Below are positions 39,114-41,812 of a DNA stretch of 41,812 bases, in pieces. The stretch lies in the IMG/VR virus record IMGVR_UViG_3300036850_000087, positions 1-41,812 of that record; one strand, 5' to 3'. This DNA is from a virus. Each line of letters begins with the position of its first letter. Position 1 is the first letter of the stretch. Below the pieces are notes generated by a model that was given only the letters and a program-made list of their open reading frames with translations, was not told the origin of the DNA and ran no database searches. The translations under genes were made by a program, and so were the position numbers.

Positions 39114-39614
39114 CTACTGCTCACCTCCGTCAATCAGCGAGAGTCGGAATCTCTCGAGGTAGGAAACGAGGGACTTTGCCGTCTGTACGTCGTCGTCAAG
39201 CAACCCGACAGCGAAGTTGCACTTTCCGCAGAGCAAAGCTCTGACTCTTCCTGTTGCGTGGTCGTGGTCTACGTACAAGACTCCCCAGCGACTCTTGTCG
39301 CCTTCGGATTCACAGATCGCGCACTTGCCGTTCTGCGCTTCGAGAAGTTCCGCGTAGTCCTCGATCGAGATCCCGTACTTCGCCTTCAGTTGGGCGCGGC
39401 GGTGGTAGACCTTCGCCTTGTCCTTGTTCTTCTTCCACCATTCGCGTGAGTACTGCTTGACCTCGGGTCGGTCCTGGCGTGATCGCTGGTAAGCCGCGAA
39501 GCAAGGCTTGCAGTAAGAGGCGGTTCCATCAGGAGTAGAGCGGTTCTTCACGAACTCGCTCTTGGGCTTCGTCTCCTGGCAGCGCGGGCAAAGTTTCACT
39601 GGCGTGCCGCCCAT
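39114..39614 (-). CDS. Endonuclease VII-family (HNH-like) homing-type nuclease
   Basis: 166 aa. NGKCAICESEGDKSRWGVLYVDHDHATGRVRALLCGKCNFAVGLL matches the Endonuclease_7 signature (C.iC......l.vDHdH.tG.vRglLC..CN.alG). The N-terminus has CPRC...CKPC. Confidence 0.8.
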   Translation of the reverse strand: MGGTPVKLCPRCQETKPKSEFVKNRSTPDGTASYCKPCFAAYQRSRQDRPEVKQYSREWWKKNKDKAKVYHRRAQLKAKYGISIEDYAELLEAQNGKCAICESEGDKSRWGVLYVDHDHATGRVRALLCGKCNFAVGLLDDDVQTAKSLVSYLERFRLSLIDGGEQ

Positions 39615-40378
39615 ATCTCTTTGAGTTCCTGGAGCATCCCTTCCTTGCGGCCCGGTTCGTCCTTCGGAACGGGTTGAGTACGGTTGGTTGTTGCCGAACG
39701 TGAGGATGTCTGGCCGGCCCTCCTGCGGGCCTCCAGGTCTTTGGTGACCTGCTCCTGGCCGTTTTGATGGGCGCGGTCGAAGAACTCGATGCGGTAGGCC
39801 GTTTCCAAGGCCCTTCGCATCACGTCTGCGGGGTTGTGGGGGTCCTTCTCCTTATAGACGGCTACGAGCTGGTGGTCCTTGATGCACTCCAGGAGCTTGT
39901 TCAGCTCGGGCTCCCCCAGATCGGGGTGGGCTTTGTAGAAGGCCCCCATCCCTGTGACCATGGCGTCCCAGTTGGACTGCATGACCTGCTGTTGAAGGGT
40001 CTGCTCGATCTGGGCGTAGCGCTGGGAGAGTCCCCCAACCTCCTGTTGAAGTCTTTGGTATTGCGGGTCGTCGTAGTCGAAGGTCTCGTCTTCTGTCTCC
40101 GGGACTTCTTCGTATTCCTCGGAGGGGACCAGGATCTTCTCGCCCTTCTCCCAGGCCACCAGGTCATCCCAGACGGCTGGGTTCTGGTCCACCCAGTCCA
40201 TGAAGCGTTTGGTGGACTGGAAGGCTTGGGCGGGGATCTTCTGGCCGCCGAACTCGATGAACTCGGGTTCGGGCTGAGGCTCTGGGGTTGGTTCCGGCTC
40301 TGGAGCTTCCTCAACCTCCGGAGCTTCAGGCTCAACCGGCTCTTCTAAGGACTCGTAGTGCTGTTCGAGTTCGCTCAT
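39596..40378 (-). CDS. Scaffolding protein, putative
   Basis: 260 aa with a very acidic PE-rich N-terminus and a helical remainder. It sits upstream of the capsid gene in the operon. Confidence 0.5.
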   Translation of the reverse strand: MSELEQHYESLEEPVEPEAPEVEEAPEPEPTPEPQPEPEFIEFGGQKIPAQAFQSTKRFMDWVDQNPAVWDDLVAWEKGEKILVPSEEYEEVPETEDETFDYDDPQYQRLQQEVGGLSQRYAQIEQTLQQQVMQSNWDAMVTGMGAFYKAHPDLGEPELNKLLECIKDHQLVAVYKEKDPHNPADVMRRALETAYRIEFFDRAHQNGQEQVTKDLEARRRAGQTSSRSATTNRTQPVPKDEPGRKEGMLQELKEIWAARQ

Positions 40379-40653
40379 GCGGCTGGGGCGGGCGCAGCGC
40401 CCATCTGAGCCAGGATGTCGGCTCCGACACCGGACATATCAGGATTGGGGGCGGGACCTCGAGACATCTGCTCCTGAGCGGGGTTGGGACCACCAGGAGA
40501 GGGTGTCTGGGAGTTGAGGTAGTCCAGGATGATCCCTTCCAGTTGGTTCAGGAAGTCCAGATGGGCGTCGGGAGCGACCTTCACGCGGGCGATCTCCTGG
40601 ATCAGACGCACCAACCCATCAGCGAAGGACTCGTTGGTTCCGCGTCCGGCCAT
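40375..40653 (-). CDS. Hypothetical protein (92 aa)
   Basis: ORF in the operon with ATGA coupling to the scaffold gene. Confidence 0.55.
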   Translation of the reverse strand: MAGRGTNESFADGLVRLIQEIARVKVAPDAHLDFLNQLEGIILDYLNSQTPSPGGPNPAQEQMSRGPAPNPDMSGVGADILAQMGAAPAPAA

Positions 40654-40815
40654 CTAAGCTTTGGTTCCTGCTTTGGCTCGGGCTTCTGCGACCTTCTTGC
40701 CTTCTGGGGAGCCCTCTACGGCGACCTTTGAGTCGCAGCGCGGGCAGTTGGAGTTGACGAGCTCGTGTTCCTTGCCCCTGAACCCGCACTTCGTACAGAG
40801 ATAGATGACGGCCAT
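40654..40815 (-). CDS. Zinc-ribbon small protein (53 aa)
   Basis: ATG at 40815. MAVIYLCTKCGFRGKEHELVNSNCPRCDSKV.... The track extension to 40983 runs up to the terminator and has no SD. Confidence 0.55.
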   Translation of the reverse strand: MAVIYLCTKCGFRGKEHELVNSNCPRCDSKVAVEGSPEGKKVAEARAKAGTKA

Positions 40816-40949
40816 CACTTGCCTCGCTTGGTGTGACCGGACTGGCCGTACTTGGAGCCTTCGGTCTGACCCATCTTCACGATGGGGGCATTGCGGGCAC
40901 TCGTCTTGGGCGGGGTGTTCGGGTCTTTCTTCTTGCCCGGACCTTCCAT
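40815..40949 (-). CDS. Basic micro-protein (44 aa)
   Basis: AAGGAGG lies 4 nt upstream of the ATG at 40949. MEGPGKKKDPNTPPKTSARNAPIVKMGQTEGSKYGQSGHTKRGK. Its stop overlaps the next ATG (TGATG). Not in the track because it is <60 aa. Confidence 0.5.
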   Translation of the reverse strand: MEGPGKKKDPNTPPKTSARNAPIVKMGQTEGSKYGQSGHTKRGK

Positions 40950-40980
40950 GCGTCCTCCTTGGTTTCGATACCGGAGGGCT

Positions 40981-41023
40981 CAAAAGAACGGAGGACTCCT
41001 CAACCGCTCTCAGGAGTCCTCCG
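40981..41023 (-). terminator. Rho-independent terminator on the minus strand
   Basis: A perfect 12-bp stem, CGGAGGACTCCT (40989-41000) / AGGAGTCCTCCG (41012-41023), with an 11-nt loop. On the minus strand it is followed by TTCTTTTG. Confidence 0.7.
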
Positions 41024-41047
41024 GTATCGCTCCGGTGCTACATCTGG

Positions 41048-41263
41048 TTATCTGCGCTTTGAGCCTCTTAGCCCCCTTCGGTTCTTGGCTCTCTTTGTAC
41101 TCCCACGGCTGTAATTCCGCAACTGTGACTTGCCCTTTCGGGCGAAGTCACCTAGTTGACCTTCGCTCATGCCGGTGACAGTCGATTCTCCCCTGCGTCT
41201 TCGGCCTAGCTCGGCTCCGAAGAATCTGCGCTGACGTTCGCTGACGGCTGGTATTAGTACCAC
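41048..41263 (-). CDS. DUF3008-like small basic protein
   Basis: 71 aa. SERQRRFFGAELGRRRRGES....MSEGQLGDFA resembles the DUF3008 pattern (KaqqrlmgAalaakrGe....Mse.eleefa). Confidence 0.5.
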   Translation of the reverse strand: MVLIPAVSERQRRFFGAELGRRRRGESTVTGMSEGQLGDFARKGKSQLRNYSRGSTKRAKNRRGLRGSKRR

Positions 41264-41812
41264 CCCTGAAGCTTGCGAGCGCGAAGGGCATTCTCGATGG
41301 GATCGGAGGTTTCTAACCCCCGCTGGCGAAGGATGCGGGTTCTGGGAGAACCGGGACCGTACTCGTTGGTGATGTAATCACGTGTTGCCCTCAACTCTGA
41401 AGCGGCGTCGCCTGTTACCTGACCATATCTGCGTCGGGCTTCTGGACCGAGCTGCCCGAGGCCTTGGTACTTGCCTGATTTAGAACGTACACCCACTCGC
41501 CAGGATGACTCCTTACCGATGATTTGGTCTATCCGAGGGTCAACACCACCGAGGTAGAGCTTGCCCTTATTTGGCAAGGGGCGATACTTCGACTTGGCTC
41601 GCTCCGCACTCGGCAATGGGCGATAGGCAGGTTTCTTACGAGCCTTGACCTGTTTGGGTTTGCTGCCCCCACCCCGAACCGCTGTGACCTTCGGTGTCTC
41701 ACCTCGGGAGCGAGCCTGTCGGCGTTCGCTAGCAGAGCGGTACTTCCCGTAGAAGCTCTGGCGTTTGGACTGACGGGCGGCTCTGCGCTTGCGTGCTGCG
41801 GCGATACCGGGG
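41254..41812 (-). CDS. SLT-like lytic transglycosylase with a basic N-terminal module. It is truncated by the window end; the true start is at position 135 after circularisation.
   Basis: The frame is open from 41811 to the TAA at 41254 (186 codons). IIGKESSWRVGVRSKSGKYQGLGQLGPEA fits the SLT catalytic region (ES...n..a.S.aGa.GlmQl). The full protein is 188 aa. Confidence 0.55.
   Translation of the reverse strand, partial: PGIAAARKRRAARQSKRQSFYGKYRSASERRQARSRGETPKVTAVRGGGSKPKQVKARKKPAYRPLPSAERAKSKYRPLPNKGKLYLGGVDPRIDQIIGKESSWRVGVRSKSGKYQGLGQLGPEARRRYGQVTGDAASELRATRDYITNEYGPGSPRTRILRQRGLETSDPIENALRARKLQGWY
41686..41812. repeat. Terminal direct repeat, an exact copy of 1..127
   Basis: Identical 127-bp sequence at both window ends. 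Confidence 0.95.

Noticed and set aside
38436-39449. 337-aa plus-strand ORF antisense to the capsid and Endo VII genes
   Set aside because: This is a shadow ORF typical of GC-rich DNA. Its Arg/Gly/Val-rich composition is low-information, it has no SD, and it is fully overlapped by well-supported minus-strand genes. The same reasoning applies to 27496..28242, 39764..40348, 34144..34650, 37465..37974, 12832..13344 and similar plus-strand ORFs.
40654-40983. The 109-aa extended version of the zinc-ribbon ORF
   Set aside because: Its start would abut the terminator hairpin with no SD. The region is better explained by a 44-codon ORF with an AAGGAGG SD followed by the 53-aa zinc-ribbon ORF.
1-41812. 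CRISPR arrays, integrase/att sites, transposases, a DGR reverse transcriptase
   Set aside because: I saw no periodic repeat-spacer structure, no recombinase or RT motifs in any frame of the ORF track, and no tandem DNA repeats beyond the items reported.

Overview
The window is a complete, GC-rich tailed-phage genome. The first and last 127 bp are identical, so the unique length is 41,685 bp and one gene reads in frame through the junction. About 85% of the coding sequence is on the minus strand, in tightly packed and often start/stop-overlapping operons (ATGA, TGATG, TTGA, GTGA junctions). Two small plus-strand islands lie at 19971..20570 and 21583..23347, and one plus-strand gene at 11621..11869. 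Read along the minus strand, the order is as follows. (1) A regulatory/early region of small genes (about 20 kb down to 11.3 kb): HTH proteins, an MT-A70 DNA methyltransferase, a NinG-like nuclease, a secreted Rpf-like muralytic protein, a Zn-ribbon/DUF433 protein and a CMP-sugar cytidylyltransferase. (2) Large terminase, an HNH endonuclease and the portal. (3) A block of fibre/receptor-binding-like proteins (LamG, DNRLRE-type and several paralog pairs). (4) Two peptidoglycan hydrolases (M15 peptidase, and an SLT-like gene spanning the junction), followed by an intrinsic terminator. (5) Scaffold, an Endo VII homing-type nuclease, the major capsid protein, a sialyltransferase/Maf-like candidate glycosyltransferase, small Ser/Thr-rich virion proteins, a NeuB-family nonulosonate synthase plus a PMI-type cupin, an adaptor-like protein, three tandem paralogs, a nozzle-like protein, two large basic internal proteins and an FkbM methyltransferase. 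I found no tRNA, CRISPR array, integrase, DNA polymerase, primase or helicase. The Rpf-like domain, Pro/Thr linkers, high GC and several consensus promoters placed for leaderless mRNAs suggest an actinobacterial host. The most interesting candidate system is a dispersed phage-encoded nonulosonic-acid (sialic-acid-like, possibly KDN-type) activation and transfer module wired into the virion morphogenesis operon, which suggests virion glycosylation. Its parts are a NeuB-like synthase, a PMI-cupin, a NeuA-like cytidylyltransferase, two paralogous GT42/Maf-like proteins and an FkbM methyltransferase. All functional calls rest on motif recognition by eye and need HMM or structure searches to confirm.
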